The notes under the pieces: model-generated
Databases searched by the model: none
What the model was told of the DNA's origin: nothing
Seen by the model: only the letters and a program-made list of their open reading frames with translations
In this document: in pieces, positions 50,109 through 58,989 of the stretch
Numbering within the stretch: position 1 is the first letter of the stretch
Layout: every line of letters begins with the position of its first letter
NCBI GenBank assembly: GCA_018814875.1
Contig: JAHIYH010000031.1
Span: 12,739 to 76,738 of the forward strand
Direction of reading: 5' to 3'
DNA: 64,000 nucleotides
Source of the DNA: Patescibacteria group bacterium
Lineage (GTDB): Bacteria > Patescibacteriota > Gracilibacteria > Peribacterales > Peribacteraceae
Made by a program: the position numbers and the translations under genes

Positions 50109-51359
50109 ATGTCCTTCGTAAAAGATCCATCATTGGCCGGGCAAGGTAGGCTCAATCTAGAGATCGCAGAAAAGCGTATGGAAGCTCTTATGAAAGTTAA
50201 GGAGCGTTTCGAAAAGGAAAAGCCTTTTAAGGGGCTCACGATTGGGATGGCATTGCACGTTACAAAGGAAACAGGTGTTCTTATTCGCACTCTTCAGGCT
50301 GGTGGAGCAAAGGTTGCAATCACAGGATGCAATCCTTTAAGTACTCAAGATGACATCGCTGCAGCACTCGTTGAGGAGGATGTATTGGTGTGGGCATATA
50401 AAGGAGAAAGTGACGAGGATTATTACAAGTTCCTCACTGCGGTCATCGAGACTGAGCCTAATATTACTATTGATGATGGATGTGATCTGGTTACAGAGAT
50501 TCACACCAAACATCCTGGGTTGATCGAAAATATTATTGGAGGATGCGAAGAAACAACCACTGGCATCATTCGCTTGCATGCAATGATCAAAGATGGAGCG
50601 CTCCGCTATCCAATGATTGCTGTGAATGATAATAAGACGAAGCATCTGATGGATAATTATTACGGAACAGGACAATCCACATTCGATGGTATCCTTCGTT
50701 CTACCAATATTCTTGTTGCAGGCAAAACAGTTGTGGTTGCAGGATATGGAAGTTGCGGAAAGGGCTGCGCGATGCGTGCGAAGGGATTGGGTGCACAAGT
50801 AATAGTTACAGAAGTAGATAACTTTGCAGCTTTACAGGCGGCGATGGATGGTCACAGAGTGTTACCTATGACCGAAGCGGCATCATTGGGCGATATTTTT
50901 ATTACAGTCACCGGTGATTTGCATGTTATTCGCATGGAGCACATAGATAAGATGAAAGATGGTGTGGTGCTGTGTAATTCCGGACACTTTGATAATGAGA
51001 TTGATATGACGTCACTTGAGTCGGAGGCAAAACGTAAGCGTCGTGTGCGTCATTACTTAGATGAGTACATGCTCAAGTCTGGCAAAGTAATTTACGTTGC
51101 AGGAGAGGGGAGGTTGGTGAATCTGTCTTCTGCTGAAGGGCATCCAAGTGAAGTTATGAGCCTAAGCTTCTGTGGACAAGCACTTGCATGTGAGTTTTTG
51201 GCAAAGAACAGAGGCAATCTTCTGGTTGATGTGATTACACTTCCTCCAGAAATAGATGATCATATTGCCGAGTTACAATTGAAGGCAATGGGGTTATCTA
51301 TTGATACGCTTACGCCAGAACAAGTGGAATATTTGGGGCAGTGGAAGGAGGGGACGTGA
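50109..51359 (+). CDS. ahcY: Adenosylhomocysteinase
   Basis: LHVTKET, CNPLSTQD, IDDGCD, EETTTG, DNYYGTGQS, GHFDNEI, GRLVNL..AEGHP. Confidence 0.97.
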   Translation: MSFVKDPSLAGQGRLNLEIAEKRMEALMKVKERFEKEKPFKGLTIGMALHVTKETGVLIRTLQAGGAKVAITGCNPLSTQDDIAAALVEEDVLVWAYKGESDEDYYKFLTAVIETEPNITIDDGCDLVTEIHTKHPGLIENIIGGCEETTTGIIRLHAMIKDGALRYPMIAVNDNKTKHLMDNYYGTGQSTFDGILRSTNILVAGKTVVVAGYGSCGKGCAMRAKGLGAQVIVTEVDNFAALQAAMDGHRVLPMTEAASLGDIFITVTGDLHVIRMEHIDKMKDGVVLCNSGHFDNEIDMTSLESEAKRKRRVRHYLDEYMLKSGKVIYVAGEGRLVNLSSAEGHPSEVMSLSFCGQALACEFLAKNRGNLLVDVITLPPEIDDHIAELQLKAMGLSIDTLTPEQVEYLGQWKEGT

Positions 51360-51360
51360 T

Positions 51361-51475
51361 CAACAGTTGACCAGCCTTCGCTAAAGCTACGGCCGGCAGG
51401 CAGTTAACATTTAACAATTAACAGTTAAAAATTAATAACCGCAACCGTAACCGCAACAGCGACGCCGCGTCGCTG
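51361..51475. repeat. Composite repeat: TTAACAG array interrupted by a REP-like element, then an AACCGC array and a GC hairpin
   Basis: caacagttga-ccagccttcgctaaagctacggccggcagg-cagttaacatttaacaattaacagttaa; aaccgcaaccgtaaccgcaac; cagcgacg-ccg-cgtcgctg. Confidence 0.85.
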
Positions 51476-51549
51476 CTTCGTATCTTGGTGATAATTAAAC
51501 ATTCGTTTTGACGGAGTTAAAATGTGAGGCTGTAGCGGTACAGAATACC

Positions 51550-51578
51550 TTGACGATAAGCCAATAACAGCGTAAATT
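51550..51578 (+). promoter_or_regulatory. Candidate sigma70 promoter
   Basis: TTGACG-17 bp-TAAATT upstream of a structured leader. Confidence 0.55.
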
Positions 51579-51862
51579 AACGTGCGTTATGATGCGCACG
51601 TGGTTCATTTATTCGGTCGTTCTATCCTTTCGTAAGACTACGAAAATGGGTCTGGGAATAGTGTGCTAACGTCTAATAATTTCCCAAGTTGACCCCACTC
51701 TGTAGGGGTTCTTGTCTTTGATCTTTAAAAGCATTGTTAAGCAGTAAGCAATCTGTCCTCAAGTTCTTTTTGTGTCAATGGAATCAAGCGGCCGAGCGGT
51801 CGCAACACAAATAGAATTTTCCCCCTGGATGAGGGCAGTATCTATGAAGGAGTGTTCTCGCT

Positions 51863-52084
51863 ATGACTAAGTTGGCGCATGCGGTTTGTTTTGGGAGAGG
51901 CAAAAGAAGCACGGTGTTGGTGAAACCGATTGGAGGTACGTTAATAACTGTCGATGAGGCAGATGACTTCCTCGAAAGTCGGTCAGAGCCTGTACCTGTG
52001 CAACTGTCAGATGAACAGCAGCGTTTCCCAGCGGTTCGACAGCCTTTAAAGGGGCACCCGCGCCGCCTTGCTGGAGTTTTCTAG
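51863..52084 (+). CDS. Small orphan protein (73 aa)
   Basis: AAGGAG SD upstream and a strong hairpin downstream; no recognisable family. Confidence 0.5.
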   Translation: MTKLAHAVCFGRGKRSTVLVKPIGGTLITVDEADDFLESRSEPVPVQLSDEQQRFPAVRQPLKGHPRRLAGVF

Positions 52085-52099
52085 AGTAACTCCTTTCTC

Positions 52100-52145
52100 G
52101 CTGGTCCTCATCGCCTTAAGTGCGGTGAGGACTGGCAACCTTTTC
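52100..52145 (+). terminator. GC-rich hairpin, candidate terminator
   Basis: gctggtcctcatcgc/gcggtgaggactggc stem followed by aacctttt. Confidence 0.6.
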
Positions 52146-52264
52146 GAGTACAGATTGGTTACTGTTTGATCATTTACATCTTTGTTTTAACAATTGGAAA
52201 TCTGTTCTGTCTCTATGGAAGAGGCAAGAGAACAGGTTCAATCACGCTTAAACAGGAGTTTTTC

Positions 52265-52390
52265 ATGTCACGAAAGCGCGACAAGCAAGCGATTGCAGCC
52301 GTTTCCAGCTAAGGAAAGTGCAAGATAGCAAAACAAGCTCTCAAAGATAAGCGCGCTTCCTCTGGTGAAAGAAGGCAAAAGAAGAAGTAG
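52265..52390 (+). pseudogene. Small basic orphan ORF with an internal TAA (or a 15-aa peptide)
   Basis: CAGGAG SD; MSRKRDKQAIAAVSS*GKCKIAKQALKDKRASSGERRQKKK*; hairpin 52407-52440 follows. Confidence 0.4.
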
Positions 52391-52594
52391 TCCACGTTTA
52401 CGTTCTCCAGCTCTCGATGCTCTTGTGTGTCGAGAGCTGGAACTCTTCATTTTAGAGAGTAGATTTTTGGTTGTTCTTTTACATTATTAATTAAATACAT
52501 AAACTGCTCTGTCCTTAGCCCCTAATGGATACGGGACCATGGTTTAGCCATGATTTTTGGAGGCAGAGTATTTTACCCTCGGGAGGCACTACTT

Positions 52595-52864
52595 ATGTGC
52601 AAAGGATTTGTCCCCAGGGCTCGCAAGAGTCCAAGCCGACTCTGTCACAGGTTGACGCGGAAGGCAGCTACACCGATTATTGAAGATGAGGCGAATGGTA
52701 AATTGCCAATTGCAGCTTCAACGGTGTATCCGCCGGAAGTTGAAAACGCGCCACGAAGTCTTCGGGCTGAGGCGCGTGGTAAATTCCGGAAGCAGCAGAA
52801 GAAGAAAGGCAATTCTGCGTTGACCAAGAAGCGGCGTCGAAAACAAGCGGCTTCAACCGCTTAA
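52595..52864 (+). CDS. Small highly basic orphan protein (89 aa)
   Basis: GGAGG SD before ATG 52595, K/R-rich C-terminus, hairpin 52885-52918 downstream. Confidence 0.5.
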   Translation: MCKGFVPRARKSPSRLCHRLTRKAATPIIEDEANGKLPIAASTVYPPEVENAPRSLRAEARGKFRKQQKKKGNSALTKKRRRKQAASTA

Positions 52865-52957
52865 GGGGAAACTCCCAGGATCTAGGTCCCCTGTGGTGCA
52901 TTAGCACTGCGGGGGGCCGCTACTTAAAATCGGGAAGAGCAGTTTGTGTATTACGAG

Positions 52958-53033
52958 AATTGTCTGAAACTAAGATTTACAGAATTAATCCTGTCCATCT
53001 TTTTTAATCTTTTTAATCCTAGTTCAGACAATT
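52958..53033. repeat. Inverted element with AATTGTCTGAA/TTCAGACAATT ends and degenerate 9-bp TTAATCCTG-like units
   Basis: aattgtctgaaactaagatt ... aatcctgtccatcttttttaatctttttaatcctagttcagacaatt. Confidence 0.75.
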
Positions 53034-53058
53034 GACAGCAAAGGGTACAATATGATCA

Positions 53059-54009
53059 ATGGAGAACAATAAAGCTATTGCAGGTCTACTCTGTCAAATC
53101 GCCGCCCTACTCCAAGAGCAGGAGGTGCCCTTTAAGCCTGCGGCATACAGGCGGGCTGCTCAGGTAATAGAAGAACTACCTCGAGATATTTCAACTTATG
53201 GAGATGAGAAGGAACTCAAGAAACTCTCAGGTATTGGTGATGCAATTGCACGTAAAATTATTGAGTACTTAGAAACAGGAAAAATAACTGCACTGGAAAA
53301 TTTACGCATCACTCAAGGTGGAATTCCCGCAGATCTTATGGACGTAGAAGGACTCGGGCCTAAGCGTGTACGTCAGATTCAAGCTGCATTTGGAGTGAAG
53401 ACTGTTGCAGATCTTATAAAAGCTGCAGAGGATGGGAAGCTGAGAACTCTCCCTCGTTTTTCTGAATTGATGGAGAAGAAAGTTTTGGAGAATGCGAAGC
53501 GGGTTAAGGAACGTACAAGGCGATTTCCGCGTGAGGAGGTTAAAGAAGATGTTATCAAGCTTCTGAAGAAGATTGAGGGCGTGGAAGGTGTTGATCAGTG
53601 CAGTGTTGCAGGTTCATATCGTCGCGAAAAAGAAACAGTTGGGGATATAGATATTCTCGTTGTAACTAAGTCACCAAAAGAAGTTTCCGATGCTATCGCT
53701 AGCTTATCTATAGTTCGTGATGTGGTGGCACATGGAGAGCGCAAACTTTCGTTTGATCTAAAGTCAGGATTACGCGTTGATGTTCGGTTTGTCAAAAAAG
53801 ATCAGTGGGGATCGGCACTCCTATATTTCACTGGATCAAAAGAGCACAATATTGCAATGCGTAGAGTAGCAATCAAGAACAGCTGGAAGCTTAATGAATA
53901 CGGACTTTTTGATGGAGATGCTTTGCTTGCGAGTAAGACCGAAGAGGAGATATATAAAAAGCTAAAACTGAGGTTTTTTGCTCCAAAAGAAAGGGGAGGA
54001 AGGTTATAA
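53059..54009 (+). CDS. polX: DNA polymerase X family, lacking the PHP domain
   Basis: AYRRAA, HhH GIG and GLGPK, GSYRR, GDIDIL, RVDVR, YFTGSKEHN, LNEYG. Confidence 0.92.
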   Translation: MENNKAIAGLLCQIAALLQEQEVPFKPAAYRRAAQVIEELPRDISTYGDEKELKKLSGIGDAIARKIIEYLETGKITALENLRITQGGIPADLMDVEGLGPKRVRQIQAAFGVKTVADLIKAAEDGKLRTLPRFSELMEKKVLENAKRVKERTRRFPREEVKEDVIKLLKKIEGVEGVDQCSVAGSYRREKETVGDIDILVVTKSPKEVSDAIASLSIVRDVVAHGERKLSFDLKSGLRVDVRFVKKDQWGSALLYFTGSKEHNIAMRRVAIKNSWKLNEYGLFDGDALLASKTEEEIYKKLKLRFFAPKERGGRL

Positions 54010-54010
54010 G

Positions 54011-54052
54011 AAAGTTAAAAGTGAAAAGTTAAAAGTGAATAGTGAATAGTGA
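54011..54052. repeat. Single-arm tandem array, 7-bp AAAGTGA drifting to TAGTGAA
   Basis: aaagttaaaagtgaaaagttaaaagtgaatagtgaatagtga. Confidence 0.85.
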
Positions 54053-54083
54053 TTAGAATAATGTGCTAGCTTATAGTCTGACT

Positions 54084-55037
54084 ATGCTCACTCAACTCGC
54101 TGATTTTCTAACGTTCACAATACTTAAGATTGAGCCAGAAACGACTCAGGCTGCGGTGGTGCATTTCTTTTTGTATGACTCCATCAAGATTCTTCTTCTG
54201 TTGATAGTCATCACGCATTTTATGAGTTTGCTGCGGTACTACTTGCCCATAGAAAAGATGCGGGCATTCCTAACTTCGCATAAGTTCTATGGAGCGGATT
54301 ATTTTCTGGCAACGATATTTGGGGCTGTTACTCCTTTCTGTTCTTGTTCATCTATTCCACTTTTTATTGGCTTTGTAGAGGCGGGGATTCCGCTTGGAGT
54401 CACATTGTCTTTCCTTATCACTTCTCCATTGATCAACGAAGTGGCTGTTGCTCTATTTATAAGCATGTTTGGATGGAAAGTCACACTTCTTTACGTTGGT
54501 GCGGGGATTGCTGTAGGAATGATTGGCGGAATGATATTGAGTAGAATGCGATTGGAACAATATATAGAAGAGTTTGTGCAAAAGTCTCCTTGTAAGTGCA
54601 AACAAAAATCAGAAAAGTCTTCGGTAGTAAGTATTTGTTTGATGCTATCTAAAGATGCAATGGGGATTGTTAAACAGGTGGCTCCGTTTGTTCTTATAGG
54701 CGTAATGGTTGGAGCTCTTATTCACGGATACGTTCCGGAAGGATTCTTTGAGCAATATATTCAAAAAGATAATCTATTTGCAGTTCCTGCAGCTGTTATT
54801 TTGGCTGTACCACTTTATGCCAATGCGAGTGGTGTGATTCCTATTATCGAATCTCTTGTAGATAAGGGGATTCCACTGGGAACTGCGCTAGCTTTTATGA
54901 TGGCAGTTGTTGGTCTTTCGCTCCCGGAAGCATTGATCTTAAAGAAAGTGATGAAGCTAAAACTGCTCCTAGCATTCTTTGGAGTAGTGACTTTGGGGAT
55001 TATGCTGATTGGGTATGGCTTCAACATAATGCTTTAA
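54084..55037 (+). CDS. Permease, ArsP/DUF318 family
   Basis: TPFCSCSSIP, FLITSP, GIPLGTALAFM, LSLPE. Confidence 0.88.
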   Translation: MLTQLADFLTFTILKIEPETTQAAVVHFFLYDSIKILLLLIVITHFMSLLRYYLPIEKMRAFLTSHKFYGADYFLATIFGAVTPFCSCSSIPLFIGFVEAGIPLGVTLSFLITSPLINEVAVALFISMFGWKVTLLYVGAGIAVGMIGGMILSRMRLEQYIEEFVQKSPCKCKQKSEKSSVVSICLMLSKDAMGIVKQVAPFVLIGVMVGALIHGYVPEGFFEQYIQKDNLFAVPAAVILAVPLYANASGVIPIIESLVDKGIPLGTALAFMMAVVGLSLPEALILKKVMKLKLLLAFFGVVTLGIMLIGYGFNIML

Positions 55038-55062
55038 ACTGGTTTGCCATGAGCGAGTCGGA

Positions 55063-55152
55063 TGGCGGAGAGAGGGGGATTCGAACCCCCGAGACCCTTT
55101 CAGGTCTACTCGCTTTCCAAGCGAGCGCACTAGGCCACTATGCGATCCCTCC
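55063..55152 (-). tRNA. tRNA-Ser (GGA)
   Basis: GGAGGGA acceptor stem, anticodon arm CTCGC-TTGGAAA-GCGAG, long variable arm, GGTTCGAATCC, encoded CCA. Confidence 0.97.
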
Positions 55153-55326
55153 ACAGACAAATGTACAAGGCAGATCACTTTTCAGCAAAGAGGATTGTCG
55201 ATGATTTTTCGAAGAAGCAGTGCGGCGTCCGTCTCGGCGCGGCCGAGCCGCGACGGAAATCGGGATCGCCATCTCAGTGTGTTGATCTGCATCAATAAGG
55301 CTTGTACCATCTTTCCGCGAAGCCGT

Positions 55327-55557
55327 CTACTTCTGACACACCCCCAAGCAGCACGCCAACGACCTGATCCACAAGTGCGCGGTTATTGCGAAAGCGAGAA
55401 TCGATAGAGAAGCTCCGGTTGTTCCAAAAGTGGCACCAGCACCGATGAAGTGCGTTTCGTAAATGCCTGCGACAGCTGCGAGCATCGCAAGAAACATAAG
55501 AACAGAGACAACCCACTGTAGGGCTTGGAGCATTCCTGTGTTGCTAGATTTGGCCAT
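55327..55557 (-). CDS. Small membrane protein (2 TM)
   Basis: MAKSSNTGMLQALQWVVSVLMFL...; hydrophobic, fills the gap between the tRNA and pheT. Confidence 0.6.
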   Translation of the reverse strand: MAKSSNTGMLQALQWVVSVLMFLAMLAAVAGIYETHFIGAGATFGTTGASLSILAFAITAHLWIRSLACCLGVCQK

Positions 55558-55628
55558 AATAGAGAAGGGGAAAGGCATAGGTTGTCTTAAAGCGTACTCG
55601 TTCCTTTATATTTGCACAATATGCCATA

Positions 55629-55712
55629 AAATGAATAGTGAATAATGAAAAATGGAAAATTAAAGGGTGATTCTGTGATTATTCTTCATTATTCATTTTT
55701 CATTCTTCATTT
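55629..55712. repeat. Inverted tandem array, 7-bp AATGAA(T/A) / (A/T)TTCATT
   Basis: aaatgaatagtgaataatgaaaaatggaaaatt ... attcttcattattcatttttcattcttcattt. Confidence 0.9.
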
Positions 55713-55735
55713 CTCTTCGTGTATGCTTATCCCAT

Positions 55736-58138
55736 ATGAAAATATCTCTAGATTGGCTCAGCGATTTTCTTGAATGGGAAGAGCCCTTCGGCTCTGCTCA
55801 GGGCAGGTATAATCCTGCGAAGATTGCAGAGCGCATAACGTCTTGCACGGCAGAAGTGGAAGGAATGAGTTCTAAGGGCACGCAGTTGGATGGGTGTTGT
55901 GTGGGGAAAATTATCAAAGTCGAGAAACATCCAAATGCTGACAAGCTCAGCTTGTGTGGTGTGGAGACAGATCAGGGGAAGAAGCAGGTGGTATGTGGAG
56001 GTACTAATCTGCGAAAGGGGATGAAAATCGTTTTTGCACATGTAGGCACAACAGTGAAATCTTCTGATGGAGGAATGCTTAAATTGAATAAAATAAAGAT
56101 TCGCGGAGAAGAAAGCGAAGGGATGATCTGCGCGGCCGAAGAGCTTGAGCTTGAAGCACACTATCCTCCTCTGCCTGAGAATGGTGATCGTCCAGTCATG
56201 GATCTTGGAGATGGCGATGAGCATGTTGGGCTATCATTGAGTGAGTATTTAGGAAGTGGCGGAACAGTCTTGGATATTGATAATCATGCGATCACGCACC
56301 GCGCGGACCTCTTTTCGCATATCGGCTTTGCTCGTGAATGTATAGCAATGGGGTTGGCTAAATGGCGCAAAGATCGGCCAATGTTTGCTGATCAATCGTT
56401 CCCCAAAGATCCGCTTCCATTCGAAAACATAGTTGATTGCAAGAATGAGATTCCACGATACTGTTCGTGTCTACTCTCTATTGATTCTGTCGGCGAGACA
56501 CCAGATTGGATGAAGAAGCGCTTGGAATCAGTCGGACTTCGTTCGCTAAATCTTCCCATAGATATAACAAACTATGTGATGCTGGAAGTTGGGATGCCAT
56601 TGCACAGCTTTGATGCGGATGATCTAAAGGGTGATATACATATGCGACTTTCTAAAAAAGGAGAAAAGATTGTGACGTTGGATAAAGTTGAACGAAAATT
56701 ACCAGAAGGCGCAATTGTATTGAGTGACGACGAAGGCATTTTCGATTTGCTTGGTGTGATGGGAGGGCTGCGCAGTTCTACAAAGGAAGGAACAAAGCGA
56801 ATCTATTTGCATAGTGCAGGAGTAGATCCGGTTTCTATTCGTAAGACGATTATTGCCACAGGTCATAGAACAGATGCTGCAACAATTTACGAGAAGGGAG
56901 TTCCAAATATAATTGTACAAATGGGATTCAATCGTGCATTGGAGTTCTTCTTGGAACTTGTTCCCGGTGCAAAGATTATTTCTAGGATGGACAGTTGGGG
57001 AGATAACGGATCACCAAAGCCGATTGATCTTCCGTTTGAAAAGGTAACGCAGATGTTGGGAGTAGAAATCCCTACGCAAACTGTAGAAAAGATTCTCAGC
57101 GATCTTGAGTTTGATGTGAAGAAAAAAGGAAAAATCTTCAAAGTTACTCCGCCTCTATTCCGTTTAGGGGATATATCGGGTCCGCATGATTTGATTGAAG
57201 AGATCGGACGAATTTATGGATATGATGCAATCGATTCAGTGCTTCCTGTATCTCAAGTTGATCCTCCTGAGCGAGATCAAAGAATTCACATACTTCGTGA
57301 TGCACTCAAAGAAGAAGGATTCATGGAAATTCTCCCACTCTCTCTTGTTGGTCCTTCCCTCCTTCAAAAATGCAATATTGATACAGATACTGCTGCCGTT
57401 ATCGAAAATCCACTTGGAGAGGAGCTATCCATTATGCAACCAAGTACGTTGCCGGGACTTCTGGACCATGCTCAACAGAATATTCTTAATGTAGATAAGA
57501 CACTCGCAACATTCCAGTGGGGACAAGTATTTGCAAAAAGAGAAGATGATGAGTTGGAGATGGGATTACTCCTTAGTAGTTGGATAGAAACAGGATTGAA
57601 TGATGATCCATTTCTTGTTCTTAAATCAAAACTTGTAAGGGCTTTGAAGCAAGTGGGATATGAATCATCAATCGAGCCAATGAAGAATGCACCTCCATAC
57701 GCTCATCCGGGAAGAGTAGCCGCTCTTGTTGTAGATAAAGATCCTGTTGGGATTATTTTCGAAGTACATCCGGGAGTACGTGAACAGTTCGGCCTACCAA
57801 ATCGTGCAGCTGCCGTACGTATTTCTCTTACTAGACTTCTTGCGCTAGAACCTAAAACAACAGTTGCTATGTCGGTTTCACAATTTCCATCGATTACATA
57901 TGATGTGACACTACCATTTGATCAGAGCAAGAGTGCGGGAGAGTTTGTAGATAAGGTGAAGAAGACGTCTGATCTTCTAGAAAGCGTGGAGGTCGCCAAT
58001 CTTTACGCCGAGTCGGGCCAAGTATATAAGTACAATCTGACCATTCGTTGTGTTTATCGCGCGAAGAATAGGACGCTCACAGAAGAGGAGGCTAAAGATG
58101 CCCACAAAGCGGTGATTGCATTAACATCTGGCAACTGA
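55736..58138 (+). CDS. pheT: Phenylalanine-tRNA ligase beta subunit
   Basis: MKISLDWL, HPNADKL, VVCGG.N, IRGEESEGMIC, HRADL, DLIEEIGRIYGYD, YRAKNRTLT. Confidence 0.96.
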   Translation: MKISLDWLSDFLEWEEPFGSAQGRYNPAKIAERITSCTAEVEGMSSKGTQLDGCCVGKIIKVEKHPNADKLSLCGVETDQGKKQVVCGGTNLRKGMKIVFAHVGTTVKSSDGGMLKLNKIKIRGEESEGMICAAEELELEAHYPPLPENGDRPVMDLGDGDEHVGLSLSEYLGSGGTVLDIDNHAITHRADLFSHIGFARECIAMGLAKWRKDRPMFADQSFPKDPLPFENIVDCKNEIPRYCSCLLSIDSVGETPDWMKKRLESVGLRSLNLPIDITNYVMLEVGMPLHSFDADDLKGDIHMRLSKKGEKIVTLDKVERKLPEGAIVLSDDEGIFDLLGVMGGLRSSTKEGTKRIYLHSAGVDPVSIRKTIIATGHRTDAATIYEKGVPNIIVQMGFNRALEFFLELVPGAKIISRMDSWGDNGSPKPIDLPFEKVTQMLGVEIPTQTVEKILSDLEFDVKKKGKIFKVTPPLFRLGDISGPHDLIEEIGRIYGYDAIDSVLPVSQVDPPERDQRIHILRDALKEEGFMEILPLSLVGPSLLQKCNIDTDTAAVIENPLGEELSIMQPSTLPGLLDHAQQNILNVDKTLATFQWGQVFAKREDDELEMGLLLSSWIETGLNDDPFLVLKSKLVRALKQVGYESSIEPMKNAPPYAHPGRVAALVVDKDPVGIIFEVHPGVREQFGLPNRAAAVRISLTRLLALEPKTTVAMSVSQFPSITYDVTLPFDQSKSAGEFVDKVKKTSDLLESVEVANLYAESGQVYKYNLTIRCVYRAKNRTLTEEEAKDAHKAVIALTSGN

Positions 58139-58250
58139 TGACACGTTCGCCTACGGCGAACTTTCAACACGCTTCGCTTTCAACAATCAACTTCAAAGTT
58201 GATGGTTGAAAGCGACCCCACTTTACCGGGGAGCGTGTTGATTGTTATCA
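58136..58250. repeat. Gene-less copy of the four-helix-bundle cassette arms
   Basis: tcaacacgc-ttc-gctttcaacaatcaac ... gttgatggttgaaagcg...agcgtgttgattgttat; the 17-mer 58232-58248 is identical to 31603-31619. Confidence 0.88.
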
Positions 58251-58276
58251 CGTTCATGATAAAATACAAAATCTTC

Positions 58277-58813
58277 ATGTCTATAACTACCAAGATTGGC
58301 GATGGTGGTAAATCAGGGCTCCTAAGTGGGGAGCGTGTTTCTAAGGGTTCTCTTCGCTTGGAAGCATTTGGGACTGTGGATGAACTTAATGCAGTTTTGG
58401 GAGTTGTTCTTGTCGAGGAAGAGATTCCCGTAGAAGTCAAAGAGTACTTAGTGCAAGTGCAGAAGCTTCTTTTTAGAGTTGGGACGGATTTGGCGACTCC
58501 ATTAAAAGGGACAAGTGGAATCGTCAGAATTTCTCAGGAAGATATCTATCAAATTGAAAAGTGGATTGATGAACTTGAGCAGACGCTTCCTGTTCTCAAA
58601 CACTTCATTCTTCCAAGTGGATCGCGACTGAGTTCGTTGATACATCAGGCTCGCACAGTATGTCGTCGTGCGGAGCGATGCACTGTTCGATTATCTGAAA
58701 AAGAAAAGATAAATGATCACGTTCAAATTTATCTGAATCGTTTAAGCGACTACCTCTTTCTAGCCGCACGAGAGGCAAATCTTGGAGAGGGAGTTGATGA
58801 GTCGGAGGTGTGA
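58277..58813 (+). CDS. Cob(I)alamin adenosyltransferase, PduO type
   Basis: TTKIGDGG.S, GTVDELNA, FILP, RTVCRRAER, YLNRLSDYLF. Confidence 0.93.
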   Translation: MSITTKIGDGGKSGLLSGERVSKGSLRLEAFGTVDELNAVLGVVLVEEEIPVEVKEYLVQVQKLLFRVGTDLATPLKGTSGIVRISQEDIYQIEKWIDELEQTLPVLKHFILPSGSRLSSLIHQARTVCRRAERCTVRLSEKEKINDHVQIYLNRLSDYLFLAAREANLGEGVDESEV

Positions 58814-58850
58814 CGTTATTTCGTTATTTCGTTAATTCGTTTATTTGTTA
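58813..58850. repeat. Tandem array, 8-bp TTCGTTAT, starting at the TGA stop
   Basis: acgttatttcgttatttcgttaattcgtttatttgtt. Confidence 0.88.
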
Positions 58851-58989
58851 AATAAATGGCCAATAACTAGGGTAAAAGGCCATTGCTCAATTAACAATAT
58901 TCAGTATTGTTAGTACGTTCCTGCAAAGGATAAAAAGAGTAGGAACAGGTCCTGCTCATTCACAATTCTCAATGATGGGAGAGTAGATC

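Noticed and set aside
51590-51860. Named riboswitch (e.g. SAM/SAH near ahcY)
   Set aside because: It lies downstream of ahcY and I could not match conserved riboswitch cores, so it is reported only as a structured leader.
55063-55152. tRNA-Ser as a prophage or island attachment site
   Set aside because: No integrase and no duplicated tRNA 3' end was found in the window.
55200-55280. GC-rich stretch upstream of the tRNA as an ncRNA
   Set aside because: It contains a short hairpin but matches no family I can recognise, and I saw no clear second copy.
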